Shown in pieces: positions 22,242 through 22,323 of a stretch of 22,323 bases of DNA. Position 1 is the first letter of the stretch. Each line of letters begins with the position of its first letter. The notes under the pieces are model-generated. The model made no database searches. It saw only the letters and a program-made list of their open reading frames with translations, and was not told the DNA's origin. This DNA comes from Coniocarpon cinnabarinum (taxonomy: Eukaryota), in assembly GCA_051942205.1 (NCBI GenBank), contig JAVECO010000099.1:62001-84323 (forward strand). Direction: 5' to 3'. The translations under genes were made by a program, and so were the position numbers.

Positions 22242-22312
22242 CGTCCTCCGCCCCAGAGTCCATGCACCTATCGTCCTCCGCCCAGAAGACATGCACTAAC
22301 CGTCCTCCGCCC
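22242..22312. repeat. Imperfect 29-30 bp tandem repeat with an invariant CGTCCTCCGCCC core (3 copies)
   Basis: Cores start at 22242, 22272 and 22301. The spacers (CAGAGTCCATGCACCTAT, AGAAGACATGCACTAAC) share CATGCAC. Confidence 0.85.
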
Positions 22313-22323
22313 CTCCCACCCAC

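Noticed and set aside
22242..22312. Repeat-spacer pattern as a CRISPR-like array
   Set aside because: Eukaryotic context, 12-bp repeats, spacers related to each other, and no cas genes.

Overview
Eukaryotic DNA from a filamentous ascomycete (Pezizomycotina; narrower class not determinable here), with short 48-87 nt GT-AG introns that the ORF track fragments. Five conserved-family genes can be rebuilt by hand: CFT2/CPSF100 (minus strand, runs off the left edge and is missed by the ORF track), an AT-hook plus Zn2Cys6 transcription factor, a secreted Ser/Thr-rich protein with a DUF7371-like C-terminus, the RasGEF LTE1, and a DUF6594-like membrane protein. The stretch from about 5.7 to 10.6 kb has no recognisable conserved gene. 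It holds a 3-exon orphan gene with a charged AREAEA repeat, a possible degenerate spliced gene and a possible micropeptide. The LTE1 upstream region has a perfect palindrome and a telomere-like repeat. No rRNA, tRNA, CRISPR array or recognisable transposon was seen, and I found no convincing new multi-gene system. The best leads are the orphan gene, the cryptic spliced units and the regulatory elements. Family names come from motif recognition, not database searches.
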